From Gloeobacterales cyanobacterium (lineage in GTDB: Bacteria > Cyanobacteriota > Cyanobacteriia > Gloeobacterales > PMM-0068), in the NCBI GenBank assembly GCA_038245785.1, contig JBBRSB010000003.1, positions 96,001-160,000 on the forward strand: a DNA stretch of 64,000 nucleotides. The letters run 5' to 3'. Position 1 is the stretch's first letter. Every line of letters begins with the position of its first letter. A model generated the notes under the pieces. The model saw only the letters and a list, made by a program, of their open reading frames with translations. It was not told the DNA's origin and did not search any database. Made by a program: the position numbers and the translations under genes. Below, piece by piece: positions 50,054-61,422 of the stretch.

Positions 50054-51013
50054 TTAGGCAACGGGGAGATAGCTCATTCCCCGTTCAAACGTGGCAAGAT
50101 TGCCCGCTTTTGCTTCCAGCAAGCGCTTGATATTCATACTTTCAGCGCCGTAGTCCTCGATTTGAAGTCTGCCGTGGGGCATAGGCTTCTGGAGGTCCCA
50201 AAAGGTAATACGGTGCTGAATAAGACCCTGCGCAGCATCATCCCCAAAGGCATAGGAGCAGGGTACGAGCAGCGTTGGGCAGCGCTGCATAAATTGATAG
50301 TCAGGATAGAAATAGTCCTGTTCGATCAGGGAGTACTTACCGAGCGAGTGGACTCGGAATGTCACCTGCACGGTGCGATTGTACTCGTCCAAAAACTCGC
50401 CCGACTGAGCGTTTTTCTCTGAGGTCACATCACCTTGTGGCCGAAGCAAGTGACACCACTCTTTGTGATTATCTAGATTGCCGATATAGTCGACGGCAAG
50501 GTCTAAGGGAGCATCCACGTAGATTGAATCTGTGTCAATCTTGTAGCGGCCGACGGCAGCAGCGGTATTCCCCTGCTTGCGCTCTAAAATTGCTTTCAGG
50601 GAGCGACATTCGGCGGTATGCACCGTGTGCACACCCTCCATAATCATCGGCGTGCGGCGGCGCGGATCGATAAAGCTGAGCCAATGGAAGTAAACGCCCG
50701 CCTCGTCTAGTCCTGGGTGGACATAGCCCGGCGGAAACAGCAGTACGGGATAAACCTGAAAGTATTTGTTGTATTCGAAGCCGCAGTGCCACTCGATTCC
50801 ATAAAAGAGTGGATTTTCAATTTTGCGAACGTGGTAGTAAAGATCGTTTTGGTAGCCGGAAGCTGTGCCCCGCCAGGTCTGCTCATCAATCTGTTCAATC
50901 ATGTTGCTGAACAGCGTCCACTCATCCAGGTTCTGCAGTTCGTACAGATAGTCGAAGGCTGTTTTGGGATCTGTGGCAATGTAGGCAGAGGTAGCAAATG
51001 TATTTTTTTCCAT
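50054..51013 (-). CDS. scyC: Scytonemin biosynthesis cyclase/decarboxylase
   Basis: MEKNTFATSAYI, TASGYQ..LYYH and GIEWHCG motifs; downstream of scyB. Confidence 0.92.
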   Translation of the reverse strand: MEKNTFATSAYIATDPKTAFDYLYELQNLDEWTLFSNMIEQIDEQTWRGTASGYQNDLYYHVRKIENPLFYGIEWHCGFEYNKYFQVYPVLLFPPGYVHPGLDEAGVYFHWLSFIDPRRRTPMIMEGVHTVHTAECRSLKAILERKQGNTAAAVGRYKIDTDSIYVDAPLDLAVDYIGNLDNHKEWCHLLRPQGDVTSEKNAQSGEFLDEYNRTVQVTFRVHSLGKYSLIEQDYFYPDYQFMQRCPTLLVPCSYAFGDDAAQGLIQHRITFWDLQKPMPHGRLQIEDYGAESMNIKRLLEAKAGNLATFERGMSYLPVA

Positions 51014-51027
51014 CGGTTACTTCTTGG

Positions 51028-52137
51028 TTACTCCTGCACAAGTTGTCTACGTTCAAGGTTGGGAAGGGCATACGAGGGCAGCAGATGCCGTCCAATTCCT
51101 TCGCTTTTTGATTTTTCAATCAGCTTTTTAGCCAAGTGTTGTGCAGCCTCCTGGGTAGTTATTTCAGCTTGTTCGGCGTGCTCAAAGATCTCTAGCAAGG
51201 TGCCGTAGATATTGCTTAGCTGCGTTTGGACGCGCCCTTCGTGGTAGCCAATCATTTCGTTGTAGACATTGATCAAACCGCCCGCATTAATCACATAGTC
51301 TGGGCAGTAGAGAATATTCCTAGCCGTGAGCAGCCGACTGTGTTTTTGCTCATCATCCAGTTGGTTGTTGGCAGCACCGGCGACGATAGAAGCTTGCAGG
51401 CGCGGAATTGTCGTATCGTTCAGCACCCCTCCCATTGCACAAGGAGAGAAGACATCAACAGATAGGTCATAGATGGCATCAGGATCGATGATGGTGGCTC
51501 CATAGAGGTCAGCCATTTCCTGCGCTCGTTCCTGTCGCACATCGCTGACAAAAAGCTCGGCTCCCCGCTCTGAGAGAAGTTGGCACAGGACTTGACCGAC
51601 ATTGCCCAACCCCTGCACCGCCACTTTTAACCCTTCAAAGCTTTGCCGCTGCAGACGGAATTCGACAGCGGCCTGCATGCCGAGCAGCACTCCTGCCGCC
51701 GTTAAGGGAACAGGACCGCCAGATTCTGCCTTCACGCCCATTACATAACTGGTTTCACGGTGAATTTGATGGACGTCACGCAGCGAAATATTGACATCCT
51801 GGCCCGTAATAAACTGCCCTTTGAGCCGCTCTATAAATCGGCCATAGGCTCTAAGTAGGCGGTCATTTTTTTGTTTTGGATCGGCAATGATCACGCCTTT
51901 GCCACCGCCCACCGGAATACGGGCACAGGCCGCTTTGTAGGTCATACCCCGACTAAGGCGCAGGGCATCACGCAGGGCAGCATCCTCGCTGGCATAGGGG
52001 AAAAGGCGCGTGGCGCCCATCGCTGAACCGAAGTCTGTGTTGTGCAGCGCAATGATCGCTTTGAGACCAGTCGCTGGGTCGTGGCAAAAGAGAACCTGCT
52101 GATGCTCTGTTTCTCTGGTCGTTTCAAACAGTTTCAC
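51028..52137 (-). CDS. scyB: Tryptophan dehydrogenase (Leu/Phe/Val dehydrogenase family)
   Basis: LRLSRGMTYK, GGGKGVI, QGLGNVG and PDYVINAGG motifs; between scyA and scyC. Confidence 0.92.
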   Translation of the reverse strand: MKLFETTRETEHQQVLFCHDPATGLKAIIALHNTDFGSAMGATRLFPYASEDAALRDALRLSRGMTYKAACARIPVGGGKGVIIADPKQKNDRLLRAYGRFIERLKGQFITGQDVNISLRDVHQIHRETSYVMGVKAESGGPVPLTAAGVLLGMQAAVEFRLQRQSFEGLKVAVQGLGNVGQVLCQLLSERGAELFVSDVRQERAQEMADLYGATIIDPDAIYDLSVDVFSPCAMGGVLNDTTIPRLQASIVAGAANNQLDDEQKHSRLLTARNILYCPDYVINAGGLINVYNEMIGYHEGRVQTQLSNIYGTLLEIFEHAEQAEITTQEAAQHLAKKLIEKSKSEGIGRHLLPSYALPNLERRQLVQE

Positions 52138-52222
52138 GTGTACGATCTCCTCTTTGTTTTGCTGCTGGTTGTGACTTAAGCCCTTATTTAGCAGGGGGTT
52201 TAGCGTTTACTGCTGCCTGAAA

Positions 52223-54121
52223 TTATTCTGTAAGCGGAAAAGAAACCTGTTTAGCCGAACTTGTAGGTTCTCTAAGCTGGATGAGGCTATCGTTCCGGCC
52301 TCGGGACGGGGCAGGTCGATCGGGGTCGATCAGCACATCTATAACAAAGGGTCCCGTCGCTGACATGGCCTGCGTGAGCGCCTGCTCCAAGTCACTTTCC
52401 TGATGAACCCGAATACCGTTCGCGCCCATACCTTGGGCAATCGCCACAAAATCAGTGTCTGGAATCATCGCATCAGCACCCTTGAGTCCAAGCATGGCCA
52501 TCCCTTGAACGCACATGTTGTAGCGAGCATCATTGAGAACAATCCAAACGGCTGGGACTTGATGCTTGACAGCGGTGCTAATTTCGTTGTTCATCAGCAT
52601 TGAGCCATCCCCTGTAATCACTACTGCCTTACGTTTAGCAGCTTGAGCGAGACCGACCACGCCTGTAACCATATGACCCATGGCGCCGAGCCCGGTACTG
52701 ACGCGATAGCGCCGTGGGTGAGAGAAGCGGAGTCGATGGGTCGCCCAAGTAAAGGAGTTGCCCGACTCCGCTAGCACAATCGCATTACTGCGGTCGATAA
52801 CGAGTCGCTGGATCACATCCATCAATACTTCTGGGCGGACTAAGGAGCTATGGGAGCCATTGCTGCTGGGCAGGGTGGCGACATGAGGACGGGGAAATGT
52901 CGGTGCTGGTTGGCTCGCTGGATCAGGGAAATGCTGCAGCAGCTCTGTCATAAACAAATTAATCTCAGCCTGGATTGGCAGGGTCGGGGCCAGCGGATAG
53001 GCCACCCCTGGCACATTGGGGTCAATATCGACATGCAGAAAGCCGCCCGACGGAACCATGGCGGCACTCCAAAAAGAGGTGGGCTCACCCAAGCGGGTAC
53101 CAAGAACAAGAATGTGCGCTGGAGGCTGTTCGCGCATGTAGGTCAGAACGGACTCATGCCCTCCCACTCCAGTCACGCCAACAAACTGAGGATGGTCTTC
53201 TGGGAAAATGCCTTTGCCACGCGGAGAACACATGACCGCCGCCCCAGTCCGTGCTGCCAGCTGGCGAATTGGTTCTGCGGCTAGCCGTGCACCAAAGCCG
53301 AGCCAGATAGCAAAGGGGGCAGAGGCTAAAATCTGCGCACAGTGGGCGATGGTTGACGCACTGGGTATGATTTGAAACTGATGAGGCTGAGCAGTCTCAA
53401 GGGTTGGGAAGGTTGGGACGTGAGCAGGGGAAACCAGACTCGACTGCACCCCGGTTGGAATGCTGATGTGCGCGACAAAACTTCCTGGTTGAGCCAGACC
53501 CAGTGCCAACCGGCGGGCAACTTGGGGCAACTCTTCTGGCGATTCTAAGGTCATGGCATAGTCAAAAAGCGCACCAGCGGTGAAGATGCCGCTATGAGGC
53601 ATGCTGTGAATACTGGTTTCCTGGATCGCACCTCGTCCTCGTTGAGCGGCTGAAGTACAGGCCGACAGGAGAATTACTTTTGCGCCTTCCCCCCGCGCCG
53701 CTAGCAATCCCGTAAGCGCATTGGTAATTCCTGGACCGGCTGTGGTGAATACGACCGTAGGTAAATCGCTGGCAAAATGGGCTTCGGTGGCAGCAAAGGC
53801 CGCACCCCCTTCATGGCGACAGTGAATGACAGAAATCTTTTGACTGTGAGAGAGGGAAAGCCAGAGAGAGGCGACGGCTCCCCCAGCGACCCCAAAGGCC
53901 GACTGAACACCCAAGTTCTCCAGCACGTTTACCAGTGCATTAGTGACTGTTAAAGGAGCAGCTAGCGGTGTGAAGCCAACTGCCATTTCGTCGGATTGAG
54001 ACTGATGACTGTTATCTCTTTCGGAAATAATGCGATCGGCCACTACGGATGGGACGGGCGCAGCAGCAATGTCAAGTCTGGGAACAGCTTCAGCGAATTT
54101 GTGAGATTTTTGAGTACTCAT
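52223..54121 (-). CDS. scyA: ThDP-dependent acyloin synthase
   Basis: RHEGGAAFAA, GPGITNAL and TGDGSMLMNNE ThDP motif. ATG 54121 has an AGGAG RBS. Confidence 0.92.
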   Translation of the reverse strand: MSTQKSHKFAEAVPRLDIAAAPVPSVVADRIISERDNSHQSQSDEMAVGFTPLAAPLTVTNALVNVLENLGVQSAFGVAGGAVASLWLSLSHSQKISVIHCRHEGGAAFAATEAHFASDLPTVVFTTAGPGITNALTGLLAARGEGAKVILLSACTSAAQRGRGAIQETSIHSMPHSGIFTAGALFDYAMTLESPEELPQVARRLALGLAQPGSFVAHISIPTGVQSSLVSPAHVPTFPTLETAQPHQFQIIPSASTIAHCAQILASAPFAIWLGFGARLAAEPIRQLAARTGAAVMCSPRGKGIFPEDHPQFVGVTGVGGHESVLTYMREQPPAHILVLGTRLGEPTSFWSAAMVPSGGFLHVDIDPNVPGVAYPLAPTLPIQAEINLFMTELLQHFPDPASQPAPTFPRPHVATLPSSNGSHSSLVRPEVLMDVIQRLVIDRSNAIVLAESGNSFTWATHRLRFSHPRRYRVSTGLGAMGHMVTGVVGLAQAAKRKAVVITGDGSMLMNNEISTAVKHQVPAVWIVLNDARYNMCVQGMAMLGLKGADAMIPDTDFVAIAQGMGANGIRVHQESDLEQALTQAMSATGPFVIDVLIDPDRPAPSRGRNDSLIQLREPTSSAKQVSFPLTE

Positions 54122-54845
54122 CCTTGCTTTTCTCCTGATGAAATCTGGACTGCAATAAACTTTGAGAGGCACTAAAACAGCCAGTCTTTTAAACTTGATG
54201 AGTCAACAAAAATAGTCATCAAATACCGATAGAAATCAGTTTAAAACACATAAATAATGCATTGAGATTCACAGAGTGACTATGCAAAGCAAAACATTCT
54301 GTATCATCTTTTTTCATCTGTAGAGCTCAATCACAACTCAGTAACAGTAGCAATTGAAGTTTAATCAGACTTACAAAGCAGCACAAGGACATTTTTTTTG
54401 ACATCTCTAAAAAAATGTCCATTCTTTCGATAAGGTCGCGCGTTATACAAGAGTTCCACGACACGAAAATCACCATCAATTTATATACTAAGATCTTGGC
54501 ATCAAAGCTTTTATACCCAAAGAGTGAAGACAATTTTTTCTCATGCTGAAGTAATTCACAAGCTAAGCTACTGCTCTACCATTGCGAATGAGAACCAACT
54601 GGAGATACTAAAGAATAGACACTTACCCTATCGAGTTGGAAAAGCATCAAAAAATTTGTCCTTGCCCATCAATAATTGCAAGTGCCAGTATTGAGACTCG
54701 TAAAGGCAATTGCTAGTAGCAACCCAAACGAACTGTTTACTTTATCGACTGGTTGCAGTGAAGCTTGAGCTGATGCACAACTTCCAGTTATTCACTCTAT
54801 CTAGCTAGCGACTCGATCACGAGAACAACCCCAAGGGAATTCTTA

Positions 54846-57086
54846 ATGAATTTTGACTTCCATCGCTATAAGACTTACGGAGGGATCCGCATATCGCGCT
54901 CCGTTTCCAAGGTCGATCAAGACACGGCAATTGACCACGTGCGGTCGCAGCTCAATGTCCAGCGGGGAGCCTTGCTGTCTAGCAGCTATGAGTATCCAGG
55001 ACGGTATAAGCGCTGGGCAATCGGTTTTATCAACCCGCCTCTGGAGCTGTCTACGCGCGGAAACACCTTTAAGCTGACGGCCCACAACGAGCGCGGGGCA
55101 TTACTGCTCCCTTTGTTGGCAGAGCGACTACAGGCGCAGGCGCAAATCCAGCACGTGCAGAGGGCGCAGTACACGATTGAAGGCGCGATTGTCCCTGTCA
55201 CAGAACCCTTTGCCGAAGAGGAACGCAGTCAGCAGCCATCCGCGTTCAGCGTCATTCGCGCGCTGCTGGATTTGTTCGCCAGTCCGGAAGATGAACACTT
55301 GGGGCTCTATGGTGCCTTTGGCTATGATTTGGTCTTTCAATTTGAACCGATTCAACAAGCGCTGCAACGTCCAGCGGATCAGCGCGACTTGGTACTGTAC
55401 CTACCCGATGAGCTAATCGTTGTCGACTACTACCTGCAGCAGACTTTACGCTACACCTATGATTTTGAGACTGCCCATGGCAGCACCTCTGGTTTGGCGC
55501 GCACGGGCGAGGTGATCGACTACCGAGGCACCAGTGTTATCGATCAGCAAAGCGTGCCCTCGACACCTTCGACACCCGTATCTGGAGCCTATGCTGCCCA
55601 AGTTGAAGAAGCCAAGAAGTATTTCTGTCGGGGCGACCTCTTCGAAGTCGTGCTCAGTCAACAATTCTCCACTGCTTGTCAAGCATCCCCCGTCCAACTC
55701 TTCCAGACGCTTCAGCAAATCAACCCCAGCCCCTATGGTTTTCTACTCAACCTCGGCGGTGAGTATCTGATTGGAGCCTCGCCTGAGATGTTTGTGCGCG
55801 TGGAAGGCAAGCGCGTGGAGACCTGCCCGATTAGCGGCACGATTCTGCGCGGGCAAGACGCCATGGGAGATGCCGAGCAAATTCGTCAGCTGCTCAACTC
55901 CTATAAGGACGAGACGGAACTAACGATGTGTACGGATGTCGACCGCAACGACAAATCGCGCGTCTGTATTCCTGGCAGCGTGAAGGTGATTGGTCGTCGT
56001 CAAATTGAGCTATACAGCCATGTGATTCACACGGTCGATCATGTGGAAGGCATTCTGCGACCGGAATTTGATGCCCTGGATGCTTTTTTGTCCCATACCT
56101 GGGCCGTCACGGTCACAGGTGCTCCGAAGCGGGCGGCGATGCAGTTTATCGAACGTCATGAAGACAGTGCGCGGCGATGGTATGGCGGTGCCGTCGGACG
56201 CCTTACGTTTAATGGCGATATGAATACGGGCTTAACGCTGCGCACCATCCGCTTTCAGAATGCGGTCGCAGAAGTTCGGGTCGGTGCTACTCTACTCTAC
56301 GATTCCGTTCCCGAGGATGAAGCGCAAGAGACCTTGACCAAGGCAGCAGCTTTATTTGAGACCTTGAATAAAGCTGCCACCGGGGCTTTCGTTCCGCCAA
56401 AAGTCCGTCGAGGCGTTCCCATCGCAAGCAGTGAGGCGCAAGCCAGAGCCAGTTCAGGCAAGCGCGTTCTTTTGATTGACTACGAGGATTCTTTTGTCCA
56501 TACCCTGGCGAATTACATCCGCCAAACCGGGGCGACGGTCACTACTTTACGTCATGGTTTCTCCGTAGAGACCTTTGAGCGTGAACGTCCCGATCTAGTT
56601 GTGCTCTCTCCAGGACCGGGCAGACCGAACGACTTTCATGTTCCGCAAACGGTCCGAGATTGCATCCAGCGGCAAATCCCTCTATTTGGCGTGTGCCTAG
56701 GTCTGCAGGGAATTGTCGAAGCCTTGGGTGGAACGCTGGGCGTTCTGAACCCACCGCAGCACGGCAAGTCCTCTGAATTAAGGGTTACGGACCAAGAGTC
56801 TGCCCTGTTCCAAGGATTGCCTGAAGTATTTCCAATCGGGCGCTACCACTCGCTCTATGCCCTGCCTGAGCGGCTCCCTGGGGATCTTAAGGTCACGGCG
56901 CTATCTCAGGACAACGTAATCATGGCCGTTGAGCATCGTCATCTACCAATTGCGGCAGTGCAGTTCCATCCTGAATCGATCATGACTTTAGCCGGAGATG
57001 TGGGTTTGGCCATTATCCAGAACGTGCTCCAGACCTATGCCACAGCGTCTACGACCATAGAGGCAAGGCCAACTCCTGTGCGCTGA
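54846..57086 (+). CDS. trpE: Fused anthranilate synthase TrpE(G)
   Basis: SSYEYPGRY, NPSPY, GASPEMFVRV; C-terminal GATase with DYEDSFVHTL, GVCLG and QFHPES. Confidence 0.95.
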   Translation: MNFDFHRYKTYGGIRISRSVSKVDQDTAIDHVRSQLNVQRGALLSSSYEYPGRYKRWAIGFINPPLELSTRGNTFKLTAHNERGALLLPLLAERLQAQAQIQHVQRAQYTIEGAIVPVTEPFAEEERSQQPSAFSVIRALLDLFASPEDEHLGLYGAFGYDLVFQFEPIQQALQRPADQRDLVLYLPDELIVVDYYLQQTLRYTYDFETAHGSTSGLARTGEVIDYRGTSVIDQQSVPSTPSTPVSGAYAAQVEEAKKYFCRGDLFEVVLSQQFSTACQASPVQLFQTLQQINPSPYGFLLNLGGEYLIGASPEMFVRVEGKRVETCPISGTILRGQDAMGDAEQIRQLLNSYKDETELTMCTDVDRNDKSRVCIPGSVKVIGRRQIELYSHVIHTVDHVEGILRPEFDALDAFLSHTWAVTVTGAPKRAAMQFIERHEDSARRWYGGAVGRLTFNGDMNTGLTLRTIRFQNAVAEVRVGATLLYDSVPEDEAQETLTKAAALFETLNKAATGAFVPPKVRRGVPIASSEAQARASSGKRVLLIDYEDSFVHTLANYIRQTGATVTTLRHGFSVETFERERPDLVVLSPGPGRPNDFHVPQTVRDCIQRQIPLFGVCLGLQGIVEALGGTLGVLNPPQHGKSSELRVTDQESALFQGLPEVFPIGRYHSLYALPERLPGDLKVTALSQDNVIMAVEHRHLPIAAVQFHPESIMTLAGDVGLAIIQNVLQTYATASTTIEARPTPVR

Positions 57087-57174
57087 GTTTAATAAGTCCT
57101 CTGTCTCTGAAAGAAAGAGCGCTCTAATCTTCTTCCCGTCATCCTCCTTCCTCTCTCCTTGCTGAGGTGCAGCC

Positions 57175-58026
57175 ATGCCCATTCCTTCCATGCCTACAAC
57201 CAGCGCAGCGCCCCAGATCCTGAAAACCATCGTGCGCCATAAACGAGAGGAGGTTCAGCAACAGCAGGCTCAACTTCCTCTCGTTCAGCTGCAGCAAGTA
57301 AGCAGTACGCCCAGAGGCAAAATCAGCTTTCTCAACGCGCTGCAAAACAGCCAGCGTTCGCCCAGCTTGATTGCTGAGGTTAAAAAAGCATCCCCTAGTA
57401 AAGGCTTAATTCGTGACGATTTTGATCCCGTAGCCATCGCTCAGGCCTATGAGCGCGCCGGGGCTGCCTGCATTTCGGTCCTGACCGATCAGCAGTTCTT
57501 TCAGGGTAGCTTTGACGATTTGCAGGCGGTGCGTCAGCAGGTGTCTCTGCCGCTGCTATGCAAAGAGTTTGTAGTGGATGCTTATCAGATTTACAAAGCG
57601 CGAGCAGCAGGAGCCGATGCGGTGCTGCTGATTGCAGCCGTCTTGTCGGACCAAGAACTGCGAGACTTCCTGCGGCTGGCTCATGACTTGGGTATGGAAG
57701 CGTTGGTGGAGGTACATACCCTGGCAGAGCTTGAGCGGGTTATTCCCCTGCCAGAAATAGCTTTAATCGGTATCAACAACCGCAATCTGAACGATTTTAC
57801 GGTTGACCTGGGTACCACCCGGCAGTTGATGACTGCCTACCGCCAGCAATTCAGCGATCTGGGGATCGTCACGGTCAGCGAGTCGGGATTGCATACGGTT
57901 GCCGACCTCGCCTTCGTCACGGCTATGGGTGTCCGGGCCGTGCTCATCGGTGAAGCGCTGCTCAAACAACCCGACGTAGAGCGAGCTATCCGCAACTTGT
58001 TCTATACCCAACTTGATAACGGTTAA
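57175..58026 (+). CDS. trpC: Indole-3-glycerol phosphate synthase
   Basis: [24 protein letters not shown] and SESG motifs. Confidence 0.95.
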   Translation: MPIPSMPTTSAAPQILKTIVRHKREEVQQQQAQLPLVQLQQVSSTPRGKISFLNALQNSQRSPSLIAEVKKASPSKGLIRDDFDPVAIAQAYERAGAACISVLTDQQFFQGSFDDLQAVRQQVSLPLLCKEFVVDAYQIYKARAAGADAVLLIAAVLSDQELRDFLRLAHDLGMEALVEVHTLAELERVIPLPEIALIGINNRNLNDFTVDLGTTRQLMTAYRQQFSDLGIVTVSESGLHTVADLAFVTAMGVRAVLIGEALLKQPDVERAIRNLFYTQLDNG

Positions 58027-58045
58027 CCCTTACGGTCTCACTTCT

Positions 58046-58891
58046 ATGACAACCACCACAGCGCACTCCCTAACCATTACTCAAGGATTCCAGGCACTCC
58101 GTGAGCGCCAGCACTGCGCCCTGATTCCGTTTATTACGGCAGGAGATCCTGATCTGGCAACAACGGCGGCGGCTCTGCAAATCCTCGATCGCAACGGGGC
58201 TGACTTTATTGAACTAGGGGTCCCTTATTCTGATCCTTTGGCCGACGGTCCCGTGATTCAAGCGGCGGCTACGCGGGCGCTACAGCGAGGCACCCGTCTA
58301 GAGTCTGTGCTCGGGATGCTCAAGTCCATTGGCCCCCGGTTAAAAGCGCCGATTATTCTCTTCACCTACTACAACCCAATCTTGAATTGCGGTGTTGCAA
58401 CATTTCTGCAGAGAATCGCTGAGGTAGGCGTGAAAGGATTGGTGGTGCCTGATTTACCGATTGAGGAGGCCGCCGAACTGCTGAGGCTGGCAACTGATTT
58501 GGGTATTGAAGTCATTCTGCTTGTGGCACCCAACAGCTCAAAAGAGCGCATTACTACGATTGCGCAGCAGTCTCAGGGCTTTATCTATCTCGTCAGCGTG
58601 ACGGGGGTGACGGGAACACGCTCAAGCATCGAATCTCGTGTAGAAACGCTACTGCAAAATCTGCGGAGCATTACCGATAAGCCGATTGGGGTAGGCTTTG
58701 GAATTTCCAGCCCAGACCAGGCACGTCAGGCGCGCGTCTGGGGAGCAGATGCCGTGATTGTGGGCAGTGCCTTCGTCAAGCACCTGGCGTCAGACTCTCC
58801 AACGGAAGGATTGCAGGCTATAGCCACGCTCTGTCGTGATTTGAAAGCGGCCATCGGTAATGAGAGCGCCAAGAGTCTATCGAAAACATAA
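58046..58891 (+). CDS. trpA: Tryptophan synthase alpha chain
   Basis: [21 protein letters not shown] and VGFGIS motifs; ATG 58046 preferred. Confidence 0.95.
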   Translation: MTTTTAHSLTITQGFQALRERQHCALIPFITAGDPDLATTAAALQILDRNGADFIELGVPYSDPLADGPVIQAAATRALQRGTRLESVLGMLKSIGPRLKAPIILFTYYNPILNCGVATFLQRIAEVGVKGLVVPDLPIEEAAELLRLATDLGIEVILLVAPNSSKERITTIAQQSQGFIYLVSVTGVTGTRSSIESRVETLLQNLRSITDKPIGVGFGISSPDQARQARVWGADAVIVGSAFVKHLASDSPTEGLQAIATLCRDLKAAIGNESAKSLSKT

Positions 58892-58917
58892 ATGACCCAA
58901 TTCGGGAGGATCTTACC

Positions 58918-60159
58918 TTGACCAGTATTCTAACTAACAGTACGCACCCAACCGCTCAGACTCAACGTCCTGATGCCCTCGGTCGATTCGGACCGTTTGG
59001 CGGCAAATACGTCCCAGAGACGCTGATGCCTGCCCTGGCCGAACTTGAAGACGCCGTTCAGCAATGCCGCGCCGACGCTACTTTTCAAGCAGAACTGCAT
59101 CAGCTTCTACATGACTATGTGGGCCGACCCAGCCCGCTCTATTTTGCCGAACGCCTAACGGCGCACTACGCCCGCCCTGATGGCACAGGCCCGCAAATCT
59201 ATCTCAAACGAGAGGACCTAAATCATACGGGGGCGCACAAAATTAATAACGCCGTCGCCCAAGCGCTGCTGGCAAAGCGGATGGGAAAACAGCGCGTCAT
59301 TGCTGAAACGGGAGCAGGCCAACATGGGGTTGCAACGGCAACCGCCTGTGCTCGTTTTGGACTCAGCTGCGTGATTTACATGGGCATCCACGACATGAAG
59401 CGACAGGAGCTGAACGTGTTTCGGATGCGCTTGCTCGGGGCGGAAGTACGACCTGTTGAGGCCGGTACCGGTACGCTCAAGGATGCAACCTCCGAAGCGA
59501 TCCGCGATTGGGTCACAAACGTGGAAACGACTCACTATATCCTCGGGTCGGTAGCAGGGCCTCATCCTTACCCGATGATTGTGCGTGACTTTCATGCCGT
59601 GATTGGGAAAGAAACCCGTGTTCAATGCCAGGAGCATTGGGGAGGACTGCCGGATATTCTGCTGGCCTGCGTCGGCGGCGGCTCAAATGCGATCGGCCTG
59701 TTTCATGAGTTCATCGACGAACCGACCGTGCGGCTGATCGGGGTAGAAGCAGCGGGAGAGGGCATCGACACGCAGAAGCACGCTGCCACCTTGACCCTGG
59801 GACGCGTCGGCGTACTGCACGGAGCGATGAGCTACCTGCTGCAAGATGAAGACGGTCAAATCATCGAACCCCATTCAATTAGCGCTGGACTCGACTATCC
59901 CGGTGTCGGGCCAGAGCATAGCTATCTCAAGGACGCACGCCGCGCCGAATATTACAGCGTTACGGATACTCAGGCACTCGCTGCTTTCCAGCAGCTTGCG
60001 CAACTTGAAGGCATCATTCCAGCGTTAGAAACTGCCCATGCCGTCGCCTATTTGGAAACGCTCTGCCCTCAGATGAGAGACAGTCCTCGGATTGTGCTCA
60101 ACTGCTCTGGGCGAGGCGATAAGGATGTGCAAACCGTGATTAACACGCTGGATCTCTAA
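58918..60159 (+). CDS. trpB: Tryptophan synthase beta chain
   Basis: [24 protein letters not shown] and [13 protein letters not shown] motifs. Confidence 0.97.
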   Translation: MTSILTNSTHPTAQTQRPDALGRFGPFGGKYVPETLMPALAELEDAVQQCRADATFQAELHQLLHDYVGRPSPLYFAERLTAHYARPDGTGPQIYLKREDLNHTGAHKINNAVAQALLAKRMGKQRVIAETGAGQHGVATATACARFGLSCVIYMGIHDMKRQELNVFRMRLLGAEVRPVEAGTGTLKDATSEAIRDWVTNVETTHYILGSVAGPHPYPMIVRDFHAVIGKETRVQCQEHWGGLPDILLACVGGGSNAIGLFHEFIDEPTVRLIGVEAAGEGIDTQKHAATLTLGRVGVLHGAMSYLLQDEDGQIIEPHSISAGLDYPGVGPEHSYLKDARRAEYYSVTDTQALAAFQQLAQLEGIIPALETAHAVAYLETLCPQMRDSPRIVLNCSGRGDKDVQTVINTLDL

Positions 60160-60160
60160 A

Positions 60161-60276
60161 GCCCCCCGGCCCCCCAATTCTGGGGGGAGAAGCATCCTTC
60201 GCTTCAGACCCTATTTTCAATTCTTCGAACGGCCAACGGCATACAAAGCCCCCCAATTCTGGGGGATTTGGGGGGC
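60161..60276. repeat. MITE-like short element with two CCCCCAATTCTGGGGG hairpins
   Basis: gccccccggccccccaattctgggggg ... aaagccccccaattctgggggatttggggggc; ends are inverted (gcccccc/ggggggc). Confidence 0.7.
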
Positions 60277-60326
60277 AAGCATCTCCATATGCTCCAAAAT
60301 CAACAACCTAACAGAGGATAAAAGTC

Positions 60327-61391
60327 ATGATCATAGTCGTAAAGACAGGGGCACCAGAGGCTGAAATTACCCGTATTGGAAAAGACCTGTACCGTGAGTA
60401 TGGCGTTACTTCTGAAAAGCTCGCTGGACAGAGCAAGGTCGTCATTGGCCTGATTGGTGAAACAGCTACGCTCAATCGTCAGCAAATACAGGCCATCAGT
60501 CCCTGGATTGAGCAAGTTTTACGGATCGAGCAACCATTCAAGCGCGTAAGCCGAGAATATCGACAGGGCATAGCGAGTGAAGTCGTGGTTTCTACGCCAA
60601 ATGGCCCCGTTGCTTTCGGAGAGCAGCATCCACTGGTGCTAACCGCTGGCCCTTGCTCCGTTGAAAACGAGGCGATGATTGTAGAAACGGCAAAGCGTGT
60701 CAAAGCGGCAGGGGCACAATTTTTGCGTGGTGGAGCCTTTAAGCCTCGCTCATCACCCTACGCCTTCCAAGGCCATGGCGAAAGTGCTTTAGAATTGCTG
60801 GCGGCAGCCCGTAGCGCTACCGGGCTGGGAATTATCACCGAACTGATGGACGCTGCGGATCTGGAACAGGTGGCAGCCGTGGCTGATGTGATCCAAATCG
60901 GTGCCCGCAATATGCAAAATTTCTCGCTGCTCAAGAAGGTGGGTGCTCAAGATAAGCCTGTGCTGCTCAAGCGTGGTCCATCGGCCAACATTGATGAGTG
61001 GCTCCTAGCAGCGGAGTATCTGCTCGCTGCCGGAAATCCGAATGTGATTCTCTGTGAGCGCGGCATTCGCACGTTTGATTCTAAATACGCACGCAATACT
61101 TTAGATTTATCAGTTATTCCCGTGCTCAGGCTGTTGACCCATCTGCCGATCATGATTGATCCGAGTCATGGCACAGGGCGCTCCCAGTATGTCCCGGCGA
61201 TGGCGATGGCAGCCATCGCTGCTGGTACCGATGCTTTGATGATCGAAGTCCATCCCGACCCCGCAAAAGCGCTCTCCGATGGCCCACAGTCGCTGACTCC
61301 TCAGCAATTTGATGAGCTCACCGTACAAATGGCGGTGATTAGCAAAGCTGTGGGGCGCTGGTCACAGCCTGCTGTTGCCGCAATCGCCTAA
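60327..61391 (+). CDS. aroF: DAHP synthase (class I-beta)
   Basis: AGPCSVE, RGGAFKPRSSPY, IGARNMQN and DPSHGTG motifs. Confidence 0.93.
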   Translation: MIIVVKTGAPEAEITRIGKDLYREYGVTSEKLAGQSKVVIGLIGETATLNRQQIQAISPWIEQVLRIEQPFKRVSREYRQGIASEVVVSTPNGPVAFGEQHPLVLTAGPCSVENEAMIVETAKRVKAAGAQFLRGGAFKPRSSPYAFQGHGESALELLAAARSATGLGIITELMDAADLEQVAAVADVIQIGARNMQNFSLLKKVGAQDKPVLLKRGPSANIDEWLLAAEYLLAAGNPNVILCERGIRTFDSKYARNTLDLSVIPVLRLLTHLPIMIDPSHGTGRSQYVPAMAMAAIAAGTDALMIEVHPDPAKALSDGPQSLTPQQFDELTVQMAVISKAVGRWSQPAVAAIA

Positions 61392-61422
61392 TCTGCCATC
61401 TGTTTCACAGGAGCGCACAAGG

